Assembly: GCA_020353515.1 (NCBI GenBank)
Contig: CP070695.1
Span: 3,108,943-3,161,431 of the forward strand
DNA: 52,489 bases
Direction of reading: 5' to 3'
From: Candidatus Heimdallarchaeota archaeon
Lineage (GTDB): Archaea; Asgardarchaeota; Heimdallarchaeia; Hodarchaeales; Hodarchaeaceae
Shown: positions 28,975 to 39,118 of the stretch, piece by piece
Layout of the letters: each line of letters begins with the position of its first letter
How positions within the stretch are numbered: the first letter of the stretch is position 1
Notes under the pieces: generated by a model
What the model saw: the letters and a program-made list of their open reading frames with translations, nothing else
What the model was told of the DNA's origin: nothing
Databases searched by the model: none
Made by a program: the position numbers and the translations under genes

Positions 28975-30828
28975 GTGATTGAAAACCGTTACAAAGAAGT
29001 AAGAATGCTTCTCAGAAATAATAAGATCGAGAAAGCTGAAGAAGTTCATGCAGAGCTTGCAAAGATAGCAAATAGATTCTCTAATGAAGATAAATACTGG
29101 TTCTACTTGTTAACAAGTGAAATAAAACGAAAAAAGAATGAATATCAATCAGCAAAGGATGACATTCAAGAAGCATTACTATTATCACAGGAAATCGCAT
29201 TAAATGATATGCAAAAGAGCAGTCTTCATGGAAGAATGGCCATAATTCAATATAGACTAGAAAATTATACAAAAGCTCGCTCTTTATTTGATAAAACTCT
29301 ATCATTTCTTTCAGATGATTTAGGACGACAGAACTACTATCGACAAATGTTATGTAATTGTTATATCAAGTTAAATGATGAGGAGGGCTTTTCTCAATCT
29401 ATGAAGGCTGGACTAAATGATATTATTGAAGGTCAGCTTGAAAAATATTGGAATTCGAATTTAGACTTCGTTTGGGAAATAACTTGGCTTACCAGACACC
29501 CCCCATGGAGTGAAATAGTTACTAAAGCTCTAAGTGTAAATTTCCGACAATATGATAAGATAACCCAAGGTTTCTTAGAATATTTTCGTGCACGATTAGC
29601 TAGGTATCAATTAGATCAGAAAAAATTTTTAATTCATATGCAAAATAGTGTAGAGTTGTGTACCTCATTAAATCCTGAGAATTTTATATCTTTGTCCTTT
29701 AACTTCGTTGGAATGCTTCAATTGTTTGGAGAGTATCAAAGAGCCAAAAATATTTTAATTAAATGCCTAGAAAAAATTCCAGACCTGTCTCCTAAGAGAA
29801 TTCACATTTTAAACACCTTAGGATCGATATCACGATTTTCTGGAGAATATGATCTTTCTATTCAATATCTAAAGAAATCACTCGAGATAAATCAAATAAT
29901 TCATGATGTATGGCAAGAAGCATACACTCACAATACACTTGGGATGGTTTATACGTTAACTGGTGATACTGAGAAGGCAACAGAACATTATGAATCTAGT
30001 TTGAGGTTAAGCAAGAAAAGTAATGACTTCTACGGGTTAGGATTCACCTATGGAGCACTTGGCTGGCTAGAGTCTAATCAAGGTAATTTAATTCAAGCTA
30101 AGAGATACTACGAATCAAGCATATCAACATTTGAAGAAAAAACAACTGTCCCTGCAATAATTTTGTTAGCTTATGCTGAATTATTATCAAGGATGGAAAA
30201 TGAGTATTCCTATAAGATTAATGACCTAATCAAACAAGCTCGAAGCCAAATTTGGACACAGCAAAAACGTTTAGACTTTGGACGGTATTATAATACACTA
30301 GGAAATATTGCTCTTAACCAAAAGAAGTTTGATCAGGCCCTAAGGGAATTTTCATTAGCTTTAGAATATTGTGACTCCTTTGAAGTGGAAACCCAAACCC
30401 TTCTCGGTATCATAAAAACAAATTTAGAGCTCTTCTTAGATTCACCAACAAATTTTGAATATTTGGATAAAGTTAAGCTATTTCTAAACGATGTTAAGTC
30501 TGCTGCTGAATCTTCCGCTTTTATTCTCGGTGAAGTGGAGTTAATTATGGGGATAATTGAAATGCATTCACAGAATTACCAAGACGCAGTAAAAAGATTT
30601 GATACGGTCTTGAAACTTGCACAAGAACACAATTATCCCTTACTTGGAGAGAAAGTACAGAAGCAGAGAGAAACACTCCAGATTTTGGAAACACATGATC
30701 AACTCCAAAAAGTTACATCAATAGCAAATAACCATGAGTTAAAAAGAAGCTCCATCAGAGAAGCTATAGACTATCTTACTGAGCTCACTAAATTATTGGG
30801 AACACAAACTAAGGAAAACAATCCTTAA
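28975..30828 (+). CDS. Tetratricopeptide repeat protein
   Basis: Multiple TPR-like motifs, e.g. ILNTLGSISRFSGEYDLSIQYLKKSLEI and THNTLGMVYTLTGDTEKATEHYESSL. Confidence 0.85.
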   Translation: MIENRYKEVRMLLRNNKIEKAEEVHAELAKIANRFSNEDKYWFYLLTSEIKRKKNEYQSAKDDIQEALLLSQEIALNDMQKSSLHGRMAIIQYRLENYTKARSLFDKTLSFLSDDLGRQNYYRQMLCNCYIKLNDEEGFSQSMKAGLNDIIEGQLEKYWNSNLDFVWEITWLTRHPPWSEIVTKALSVNFRQYDKITQGFLEYFRARLARYQLDQKKFLIHMQNSVELCTSLNPENFISLSFNFVGMLQLFGEYQRAKNILIKCLEKIPDLSPKRIHILNTLGSISRFSGEYDLSIQYLKKSLEINQIIHDVWQEAYTHNTLGMVYTLTGDTEKATEHYESSLRLSKKSNDFYGLGFTYGALGWLESNQGNLIQAKRYYESSISTFEEKTTVPAIILLAYAELLSRMENEYSYKINDLIKQARSQIWTQQKRLDFGRYYNTLGNIALNQKKFDQALREFSLALEYCDSFEVETQTLLGIIKTNLELFLDSPTNFEYLDKVKLFLNDVKSAAESSAFILGEVELIMGIIEMHSQNYQDAVKRFDTVLKLAQEHNYPLLGEKVQKQRETLQILETHDQLQKVTSIANNHELKRSSIREAIDYLTELTKLLGTQTKENNP

Positions 30829-30959
30829 TGCTAATTAACTTTCACTTTTAATAATTAGAAGAAGCTTTGATTTATTTTCATTATCCGACTTTATAAAAAT
30901 AAACATTTATTTTGTTAAAATAAGATAGAATTAAACTCCAATTGAGGATTTGGTAAAGT

Positions 30960-32114
30960 TTGAATCTAGAGAATCTTCGTAAAGCATTTCCTGTAACAGA
31001 AAAAGCTATTTTTCTGAATCATGCCGCTATCTCACCTAGTCCTACTCCAGTTATTGAGGAATGTCGAAAATGGCTTGTTCACAATAAAATGTATGGCGAT
31101 ATGTACTTCCCAAATCTCGCTAAAATTTTGGATGGGATAGACGAGGATCGTAGAATAGTGGGAAAGTTCATTAATGCAAGATTTCCAGAAGAGGAAATTG
31201 CCTTCACTTACAATACAAGTTATGGCCTCGCTGCTATCGCTGAAGCTATTAAATGGAGTAAGGGTGACAAAATTGTGATAAATGATCTTGAATATACATC
31301 CAATTCTTATACTTATCAAGCTCTCACAAAGAAATTTGACCTTATTTTGGAAGTGATTCCAAATGTAAAAGGAGTACTTCCAATAGAAGCTTTTGAGCAA
31401 ATAATTGATCAATCTACTCGTCTTATAGCAATTTCACATGTTCAATTTGGAAATGGATTTCGTGTGGATCTAAGCGAACTTGGGAAGATTTGTCATGAAA
31501 ATGGAGCACATCTCTTGGTTGATGCCATCCAATCTCTTGGAGCCATTCCGCTAGACGTTCAGAAACAAGATGTGGATTACTTAGCTTCAGGAGGCTATAA
31601 ATGGTTACTAGGTCCACTTGGTACAGGATTTATGTTTATTAAAAGGGAATTAGCAGAATCCCTCCGCCCAAGTTTCGTTGGTTCAATGTCGGATGCAAAT
31701 CCACTTGATTTATCACATCATCCCCATTTTCCTGCTCGCGGGGCAAAAAGATTTCAAGCATCATTGGGGCCACACACCTTTCTATTAGCGAAAGCTGTTC
31801 AATTCTTAAATGACCTTGGTATCGAAAATATTTTTGCTCAAATCATGAAATTAACGGATCAAATCATAGAATTCGTGGAGGAAGAGAGTAGTTTCCAATT
31901 GCAAACCCCAATTGAAAATAAACATCAAAGAAGTGGAATAATTAATTTTTCCTGTCAAAATGGGGAGAAGATTGTTGATCAATTACGTAAATTATCTACG
32001 CCTATTGCAATTTCATACCGTCAAGGGGGGTTACGCATCTCTCCACATTGTTATAATACCTCTGAAGAGGTTCAAATTTGTCTTGAAACTATTAAGTCAC
32101 TTCAAAAGAATTAA
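30960..32114 (+). CDS. Class V PLP-dependent enzyme (cysteine desulfurase/selenocysteine lyase-like fold)
   Basis: FLNHAAISP, VDAIQSLG, PLP lysine in SGGYKWLLGPLGTG, LRISPHCYNT; no RxGxHCA or SSGSAC catalytic-Cys loop. Confidence 0.88.
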   Translation: MNLENLRKAFPVTEKAIFLNHAAISPSPTPVIEECRKWLVHNKMYGDMYFPNLAKILDGIDEDRRIVGKFINARFPEEEIAFTYNTSYGLAAIAEAIKWSKGDKIVINDLEYTSNSYTYQALTKKFDLILEVIPNVKGVLPIEAFEQIIDQSTRLIAISHVQFGNGFRVDLSELGKICHENGAHLLVDAIQSLGAIPLDVQKQDVDYLASGGYKWLLGPLGTGFMFIKRELAESLRPSFVGSMSDANPLDLSHHPHFPARGAKRFQASLGPHTFLLAKAVQFLNDLGIENIFAQIMKLTDQIIEFVEEESSFQLQTPIENKHQRSGIINFSCQNGEKIVDQLRKLSTPIAISYRQGGLRISPHCYNTSEEVQICLETIKSLQKN

Positions 32115-32139
32115 AACTTGCATTTCCGATGTGAATTTA

Positions 32140-32814
32140 ATGATTTATCTCATAATTCAGTTGTTATTGATATGTCTTTGTCTTTCCATTGTTTACTTCG
32201 TTTTTATTGGAGTTAATTTATTAGATTTATCTTTTTTGCCTCTTATATTGCAAGGACTCGCTATAATTTTGTTAACATTCCTGACTTCTTATTTTATGAT
32301 AATAATAATCCTTGCTTTTATCAATAAAATTGCTAGGTTATTTCTGCGTGACAAAGAGGGAGAATTAACTGGTTTCGAGACTATTTTATGGACAATCAAA
32401 GAAACCGCTTGGGATATCGCCAGGTTGATCACAAAGAAAGTAGTTCTCTTACCTCTTTTCCCAGATATATTAACAAGATTATTCGGTTTCAAAAAGAGGA
32501 AAGGAGTTAGTATCATGGCGGATTTATGGGATTTAGAACTCATTGATGTAGGGAGGGGTACATTAATTGGTACGAATGCAATGATAACTGCTCATCACAT
32601 TCGGGGAGGAAAACTTTATCGAAAGCGAATAAAAATTGGTGAAAATTGCACTCTTGGAATTTTATCTGTTGTCCTACCTGGAGCTGAAGTTGGCGACAAT
32701 GTTATGATTAGTGCAGGTTCCCTTGTTCCTGCAAATTGGAAACTCGATTCTAATTCTATTTATTCTGGAGTACCAGTCAAAAAAGTGAAAGAATTGCCAC
32801 CTCTAAAAGAATAG
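32140..32814 (+). CDS. Membrane-anchored hexapeptide-repeat (left-handed beta-helix) acyltransferase; start corrected to ATG 32140
   Basis: Two N-terminal TM helices; IDVGRGTLIG, IKIGENCTLG..SVVLPGAEVGDNVMISAGSLV, YSGVP; the ORF-track start overlaps the previous gene by about 155 bp. Confidence 0.82.
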   Translation: MIYLIIQLLLICLCLSIVYFVFIGVNLLDLSFLPLILQGLAIILLTFLTSYFMIIIILAFINKIARLFLRDKEGELTGFETILWTIKETAWDIARLITKKVVLLPLFPDILTRLFGFKKRKGVSIMADLWDLELIDVGRGTLIGTNAMITAHHIRGGKLYRKRIKIGENCTLGILSVVLPGAEVGDNVMISAGSLVPANWKLDSNSIYSGVPVKKVKELPPLKE

Positions 32815-32829
32815 AAATCAGTATTAATT

Positions 32830-33705
32830 CTATTGAAAAATTAAGATTAAGATTGGGGAGAGGATGATATAATCGATAATGAAAAAATATAACCAAGGTA
32901 AAGGAGCATCTGCAGCTTTCGTTCGATCAGTTTTAACAAGATAAATAGTGTAACAAATCATCATAATCAAAGCGATGAATGTGCTATTTAACAAGCAGAT
33001 AACAAGAACAGCAATAGAAATTAGAAAATAAAAGATATATCTGAGTTTCACTGTATTTTCTATTCCTAATACCACAACGGTAGTTCTTTGTTTTGTTTTT
33101 AGATCGATTGAATAATCAGGGATTTGATGGTTTATCTGAGCAAGTAATGAAAACACAGAAATGTAAAGAAAGATACTATAAAATTGGATATGTTCTTTCT
33201 CAATGCCCCAAATAACATCAAGGCCAAATATGTATAAATAAAGGGGAAGAAAGGTGATCTGAAACCACACTACATGAAAAATCCAATCAAAAACTATTCT
33301 ACTTTTTGCTCGAAACACTGGACTGTTATAAAGATACGCAAGAAGCATTCCTGCTACCGTAAATAAGAAATAAAGTAAGCCTGCAAAGAAACCACAAATC
33401 AATCCAGCAATTAATGAAAACCAAATAACGAACATTCCGATCTTATAATCACGTGTTTCTGGTTCACTACAAAAAACATTTCTGGATTTCTTATATTCAT
33501 CGACAGCATCATAGGGAGCATCAAAATAGTCGTTTGATACCCAAATGAATATATTGAAAAAAACCATTGAAAGGAATATTAGAAAAGCAACATCTAAATT
33601 AAAATTGCTTGGTTGTCGTAAAGCAAGTATTAATCCTGTTAATGCAAGAAGCGATGTTCCTACGATATTAGGAACTCTCAAATGATAAAGGAGAGTATCT
33701 TGCAT
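32830..33705 (-). CDS. UbiA-family prenyltransferase
   Basis: NDYFDAPYD, YNSPVFRAK, HQIPDYSIDLKTKQRTTVVVLG; multiple TM helices. Confidence 0.88.
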   Translation of the reverse strand: MQDTLLYHLRVPNIVGTSLLALTGLILALRQPSNFNLDVAFLIFLSMVFFNIFIWVSNDYFDAPYDAVDEYKKSRNVFCSEPETRDYKIGMFVIWFSLIAGLICGFFAGLLYFLFTVAGMLLAYLYNSPVFRAKSRIVFDWIFHVVWFQITFLPLYLYIFGLDVIWGIEKEHIQFYSIFLYISVFSLLAQINHQIPDYSIDLKTKQRTTVVVLGIENTVKLRYIFYFLISIAVLVICLLNSTFIALIMMICYTIYLVKTDRTKAADAPLPWLYFFIIDYIILSPILILIFQ

Positions 33706-33722
33706 TCAATCACCCATTTTAC

Positions 33723-35405
33723 TCAATCGTCAAGGTTAGTTGAAGGTGCAAGATGCCCAAAAACCTCTTCTGCAATATCAACCGCACCATCAAACAAAGA
33801 TCGTGTTCCCCCCCAATTTTTAAGAGTCTCTGCGTACCTAGTGTGAAATTTCTCTAAGAAATCTCGCAAAGCAGTATGTAATTCTGGATCCTGTTTGTTA
33901 CTAAAGATGGCAGTGGATAATCCCCCTTTTATTTCAGTTAGAATGAAATGATTTCCATGTCTAACCAAATTTAGTTCTCCTTTATCCTTCATAGTCTCCG
34001 ACATGAAGGAAGAGACTGCTTTAAGGGCACCAGAAAGCAATGTGAGCTCGATTGATGTATCAAGCTCCTTATTAAAAGTATAATCAAAAATAGGAAGCCC
34101 ACCCTCTTCAATCACAAGAAGTAAATTGAAATCAAGGGGTTTGTAACTGTCTGATACCCAAAAAAGAGGGAAGGCAGCCAAAATTGCTAAAATTGTTAGG
34201 AGATAGGTAATAAATTCAATAGTAGTAAGATCGGTCACAATAGGCTTTAAGTACCAGTGGCCAAACGCAGATCCAACTCCAAGACCAATTGCAAGTGAGA
34301 CGAAACCAATAGCATAATATCTACCTAGACCATCACGTGGAGAAAGATCGGCCCATAAGGAAGAGTCTAAGGTTGGATGAATTAAAGCAAATGAAAAACC
34401 AATGACTAAGGCAGCTATAAGAAAGCTTGTTGGAGTCTGTTCTAATCCAAATATTAATGATGCAAATACCAAACCATAAATTGCCGCAACTATCATGTTT
34501 TTTCGACCGAAACGATCTGAATAATATCCTGCAGGCAATATCATCAAGAGATCACCAACTAAAACCACAAACCAGAAAGTCTTATCAACAGGTAGATCAA
34601 ACTCACCTATCGTCCATGAAATATTCAAGATTTCTCCTATCTGAGAAAAACTAGCGATAGATATCCCAAGCATTGTATATAACAAAATGTGTGATATTAA
34701 GTAAGCTCGAACTGACCTTCTTCCTATTATTTTTCCAAATTTTGTTGGCCACTTATCATTTTTCCAAGGAATACCAAGATTTCGGGTCAGAAAAACGAAA
34801 ATTAATGACAAAATGAGTCCCAAAACACCAATAGCTATTAAGACACTAACAAAGCTATGACTAAGTAAACCACTTTGAAATTGATGAGAAAACCCTCCTC
34901 CTAGAAGAATGCTTAGTAAAGTGACAACAATAAAGGCAAAAATGCCATATGAATATGTTCTACCACGGTACCAAATATCTGTCAATCCTGCAAACAAAGT
35001 ACCACTACTAGTCAAGAGTATTCCAAAGAAGAAAGCCAAGCTTATTAATCCCGCCATCAATAAGATGCTTTCATCGATAAATACAACAGTTACAATCACA
35101 GAAATTGAACTTCCTACCATTCCGACTAGAACGGAGACTCGAAGATACTCTGGATGTTTATCAAGTATTGTACCAGTGAAATAGAGCATGAAGACGATTA
35201 GAAATAGAATAAATCCTAAGATTAAAATACCCAATCTTAGAAAAGGGTTATTAGGAGATGCTTCCACTTTTTCTAGAATATCAAAAGAATAAATCAAAAG
35301 TAAAAGGGAAGCTAACAACCAAGAAAATATGTTGGGGATGATTACAGTCAATGTAGTACTAATTTTCACTTTAATCACATTAAAATTATTCGAGGTAGTT
35401 CTCAT
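33723..35405 (-). CDS. MFS transporter fused to C-terminal longin-like domain (paralogue A)
   Basis: About 12 TM helices, motif A GYYSDRFGRK; soluble tail LLLVIEEGGLPIFDYTF...LLSGALKAVSSFMSE...ALRDFLEKFHTRY...W.G..LFD. Confidence 0.85.
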   Translation of the reverse strand: MRTTSNNFNVIKVKISTTLTVIIPNIFSWLLASLLLLIYSFDILEKVEASPNNPFLRLGILILGFILFLIVFMLYFTGTILDKHPEYLRVSVLVGMVGSSISVIVTVVFIDESILLMAGLISLAFFFGILLTSSGTLFAGLTDIWYRGRTYSYGIFAFIVVTLLSILLGGGFSHQFQSGLLSHSFVSVLIAIGVLGLILSLIFVFLTRNLGIPWKNDKWPTKFGKIIGRRSVRAYLISHILLYTMLGISIASFSQIGEILNISWTIGEFDLPVDKTFWFVVLVGDLLMILPAGYYSDRFGRKNMIVAAIYGLVFASLIFGLEQTPTSFLIAALVIGFSFALIHPTLDSSLWADLSPRDGLGRYYAIGFVSLAIGLGVGSAFGHWYLKPIVTDLTTIEFITYLLTILAILAAFPLFWVSDSYKPLDFNLLLVIEEGGLPIFDYTFNKELDTSIELTLLSGALKAVSSFMSETMKDKGELNLVRHGNHFILTEIKGGLSTAIFSNKQDPELHTALRDFLEKFHTRYAETLKNWGGTRSLFDGAVDIAEEVFGHLAPSTNLDD

Positions 35406-35606
35406 TGTCTTCTTGAAAAAGATCTATTATTTTGGGTGAGGTGATTCTTTCCTATCCTAGGATTCTCTTCAAAAATTATTAAAATTGTTGATCTATCAAA
35501 CTTTATTAATTTACTTGCATTCCTATTTCCATTTGAGATAAGGATAAATTAAGGAAAACAATATACTTTCAACATTTATTTTCGAAAAGGATTAAAAATA
35601 TTGATT

Positions 35607-37256
35607 TTAAGACTCCTTTGGACTTCCTAGAGCTGTTTTTGATGGAATAAGCGGGCCAAAAATGTCTTCCGCAATTCCTACAGCAGGATCGAAAACATTT
35701 GCTTGACCAATCCATTCATCGATTTGCTCTTGGAATGCTAAACAGAACCTAGCTAGGAAAGTATCTAAACTAATTTTAAGTTCAGGGTCAATTTTATTAG
35801 CAAAAATAGTAGCAATGAGCTCTTTTTTCTCGGTCCCTGCTTTAGCTTGTACGGTAAACACCTTTCCATGACGAACAAGATCCAAAACTGCTGATTGGTC
35901 ACTTAATCCCTCAAAGAACGTACTAATGGCTGATAAAGCTCCAGCTACAAGAGCTAAGTCTTTTTGTGTAATTTTACTTTGATCAGATCGATCAAATTCA
36001 TAATTAAACAAGCACATTCCGCTTGTGGAGACAAGAAGAAGGTAAATTTCGAGAGGATCAAATGAATCTGCCACAAAAAAAAGTGGAAACAATCCAAGGA
36101 CAGCAACTCCAATAAGAACATAACTAATCACACTAGTACTTTGGGGAAGTATGAAAAGTCCTATCACTAATCCAAATCCAACACCTTGTAGTAAGAAGAT
36201 GAAACTGAGTGCAAAATATCGCCCTACTGAGTCTAGGGGGCTTATATCAGCCCAGATTGCACTATCAAGAGAAGGGTGAAACATAGAAAAACTTACTCCT
36301 AAGAGGTAGGCTGAGAAATAGAACATTATCGGATTTTCACTAAGGCCTACAATTAACGCGGAAATAACTATCCCATACACCCCCATTACAATAAGATTCT
36401 TTCGCCCAAAGCGGTCGGCAAACCATCCCATTGGAATCACACAAATTAAGTCACCAAAGAAAACTATGATCCAGAATAGGTTTCTTTGATCGAATTGAGA
36501 CATTCCAAAGAAAGGAAGATTAATCCACAGATCGGAGTAACGAAATTGACCAATCTGGGAGATCGTGGCAAATGCAATGCCTAACATAAGGTATATGAAA
36601 AATCTTGAAACCAAATAGATTTTAACTGATCTGCGATTAAGAATTTGTTGAATCGGAGTAGGAAATTCATCATTCACCCAAGGAGATACTGATTGAGAGA
36701 TGTAATAAAAGATCAACGCAGAAAGAATTGTAAAACAACCAATAATGACCAAAGGTGGCTTAAAATCCCAGTTTAAAAGTTCAGCAATTGGAATAATGCT
36801 TAATGATAAGATTGCACTTAAAAATAGTGCACTAGCATAAATTTTCCCACGATGTTGAAGATCTGCATGCCCAGCATAGAGAGCACCTGCTCCTGTTGCC
36901 AAAATACCAAGAAAAATACCTAGCATAGGCAAACCAAATAGAATAAAAATAACAAAATCGACACCTAGAACTATCAAAAAGAGAGAGACACCCGTCATTA
37001 ATAGTGATCCTGTGATTAAAGGTTTAAGTAATTGTGGATTCTTATCAATCACATGTCCTGTGAGAAACAACGAAACAGTAGCAAGAAATGTAGTTACGAA
37101 TAATATAACCACTCCTAGATTGAAAATATCTTTAGTTATATCCATCTGAAAAGTTTCACTAAGCAGATCAAAGGCATAGACCAGGAGAAATAGCGGAGTA
37201 AGTAACCATACAACGGTAATAGGTAATATAATAAAGAAAATCCTCGTGATTTTCAT
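35607..37256 (-). CDS. MFS transporter fused to C-terminal longin-like domain (paralogue B)
   Basis: About 12 TM helices, GWFADRFGRK; tail YLLLVSTSGMCLFNYEF...LVAGALSAISTFFE...SLDTFLARFCLAF...WIGQANVFD. Confidence 0.85.
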   Translation of the reverse strand: MKITRIFFIILPITVVWLLTPLFLLVYAFDLLSETFQMDITKDIFNLGVVILFVTTFLATVSLFLTGHVIDKNPQLLKPLITGSLLMTGVSLFLIVLGVDFVIFILFGLPMLGIFLGILATGAGALYAGHADLQHRGKIYASALFLSAILSLSIIPIAELLNWDFKPPLVIIGCFTILSALIFYYISQSVSPWVNDEFPTPIQQILNRRSVKIYLVSRFFIYLMLGIAFATISQIGQFRYSDLWINLPFFGMSQFDQRNLFWIIVFFGDLICVIPMGWFADRFGRKNLIVMGVYGIVISALIVGLSENPIMFYFSAYLLGVSFSMFHPSLDSAIWADISPLDSVGRYFALSFIFLLQGVGFGLVIGLFILPQSTSVISYVLIGVAVLGLFPLFFVADSFDPLEIYLLLVSTSGMCLFNYEFDRSDQSKITQKDLALVAGALSAISTFFEGLSDQSAVLDLVRHGKVFTVQAKAGTEKKELIATIFANKIDPELKISLDTFLARFCLAFQEQIDEWIGQANVFDPAVGIAEDIFGPLIPSKTALGSPKES

Positions 37257-37409
37257 AGATACACTACCTTAATGTGAACTTTATAATTTTTAAGAGGAAC
37301 AAAACTCAAATTAAAAAATGCTTCTCATGAAACTGTTAAATGGGCAGACATTTTAAAACCATATTCATCGATATTGAAGTTTTTTTGTGCCAGACTCGGT
37401 GAAAAACAT

Positions 37410-39095
37410 ATGAAAAAGACACCAATCACAGTAATCAAACTAGGTGGTAGTTTAATCACTTTTAAGAGAGACAAATATCTTATTGATCAATATCTAGATC
37501 AGATAGATCGTTTCATGTCAAGTTCAGGTTTATTACAGGAATTAAGCCTTAAGATTTTAGATTTAATTAATTTCTATCATTTAAGGAAAATTTTTAAGAA
37601 TTTATCATCAGATTTGGCTCAGAATCCCAAAAAGAAGATTGTAATAATACATGGGGCTGGTTCAATTGGTCATTCGTTAGTTTTACACTTATTGAAGAAT
37701 AATGCAGACTTAGAAACTGTTTATCCAATAATTAAGCTCACGGTAGCAATTCAGAATCAAATTATAGTCTCAGAAGCTATAAAACATGGAATTAATGCTA
37801 TTTCTTTTCCATCACATCTGATAATGAGGGGAAAACCAACAGAAAAAACATCTGTGAAGAGAACAGATTCCACTGATTTAACAGTATTTGAACAGATAAT
37901 CACCGAAACAAATGCTGTACCAGTATTCTACGGAGACGTTGGCCATTCTTCAGCTGGATGGAAAGTTTTCTCTGGAGATGTATATCCTACAGCTCTATCA
38001 AGACGTCTCAAAAAGACCTATCTTGAGTCAGCTATCTTCCTGACGAATGTTGAAGGAAAAAAAACTGGAATTTATACAAAGGATCCTAAATTTAACGATG
38101 CAGAGTTTATTTCCCTTATTGAAGTAGAAAATAACAAAATAAACTGCTTTGGTTCTGAGAAAGAGATCTTAACATTTCAAGGAGGGCAAACTACTGAAGA
38201 TTTTGATGTTACTGAAGCAATGGGAGGAAAGCTTCGTAATCTTATTGAATTAGCGAACAATCAGACACATTCTTGGGTTGTTGGTTTTGATGAATTCAAT
38301 GAGGCGTTGAATGGAGGTAATATAGGGACAAGAATTATCCCAAAAGTGACTAGAGGAATATCCGTAACTTTTCTGGGAACTGGTGATGCATTCGCTTCAG
38401 GTGGGGGAAAAAGTGCCTCAACTTTTATTAAAGTGAAGAACCAAGGAATACTTTTGGATTGTGGGCCACATACTCTACAAGCTTTGAAAAATTTAGGGAG
38501 AAAAACAAATGATATTGATCTAATTCTTATATCCCACTTTCATGGTGATCATTTTGGTGGAATTCCTTTCTTTCTATTAGAAACCACTCTTCAACAAAAT
38601 AGAACAAAACCTCTTACAATCATCGGCCCTCCAAACATCGAGAATCAAGTCAATGATTTATACTCTGTATTGTATGAAACTATCGCAAACCAAGAATATC
38701 CTTTTCCTTGTAAATTTCAAATACTTACACCAACAACTTCTCCCCTGGATATATGTGGTTTGAGGATCAAAGCTTTTAAAATGTTACACACTCCTGAAGC
38801 TCAAGGTTATAGAATAGAAACCAATAATTCCTCAATAGCTTATTCAGGTGATACTGGATGGACCGAAGAGTTACTTCCTCTAGTTAAGGACACACAACTC
38901 GCAATTTTGGAGTGTAATTTTTTCGATACAGAACTAGAAATTCATCTTAATTACCATCAATTATCAAGACTTAAATCCTTAACTGACAAGTTAGCTCTTA
39001 TTCATTTGGGATCCGAAGTTTTAGACAGATTTACCGTGTTTGAAGAAGAAGACTCAATGTTTATACCTGAAGAAGGGCAAACTATAAGATTATAA
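37410..39095 (+). CDS. Isopentenyl phosphate kinase (amino-acid kinase fold) fused to RNase Z-like metallo-beta-lactamase-fold hydrolase
   Basis: N-half VIKLGGSLIT, HGAGSIGH, PVFYGDV, SGD, DVT..M..KL, GTRI; C-half FLGTGDAF, LLDCG, SHFHGDH, MLH, YSGDTG, ILEC, H, IHLG; ATG 37410 with GGTGA SD. Confidence 0.8.
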   Translation: MKKTPITVIKLGGSLITFKRDKYLIDQYLDQIDRFMSSSGLLQELSLKILDLINFYHLRKIFKNLSSDLAQNPKKKIVIIHGAGSIGHSLVLHLLKNNADLETVYPIIKLTVAIQNQIIVSEAIKHGINAISFPSHLIMRGKPTEKTSVKRTDSTDLTVFEQIITETNAVPVFYGDVGHSSAGWKVFSGDVYPTALSRRLKKTYLESAIFLTNVEGKKTGIYTKDPKFNDAEFISLIEVENNKINCFGSEKEILTFQGGQTTEDFDVTEAMGGKLRNLIELANNQTHSWVVGFDEFNEALNGGNIGTRIIPKVTRGISVTFLGTGDAFASGGGKSASTFIKVKNQGILLDCGPHTLQALKNLGRKTNDIDLILISHFHGDHFGGIPFFLLETTLQQNRTKPLTIIGPPNIENQVNDLYSVLYETIANQEYPFPCKFQILTPTTSPLDICGLRIKAFKMLHTPEAQGYRIETNNSSIAYSGDTGWTEELLPLVKDTQLAILECNFFDTELEIHLNYHQLSRLKSLTDKLALIHLGSEVLDRFTVFEEEDSMFIPEEGQTIRL

Positions 39096-39118
39096 GTTAA
39101 TGTAAAATTATACCGGTT

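Noticed and set aside
30960-32114. Class V enzyme as the cysteine desulfurase feeding NcsA
   Set aside because: The SufS/IscS catalytic-Cys loop is not present, so the sulfur-relay link is unsupported
31960-32139. N-terminal extension of the acyltransferase given by the ORF track
   Set aside because: It overlaps the previous gene; ATG 32140 directly begins the TM segment
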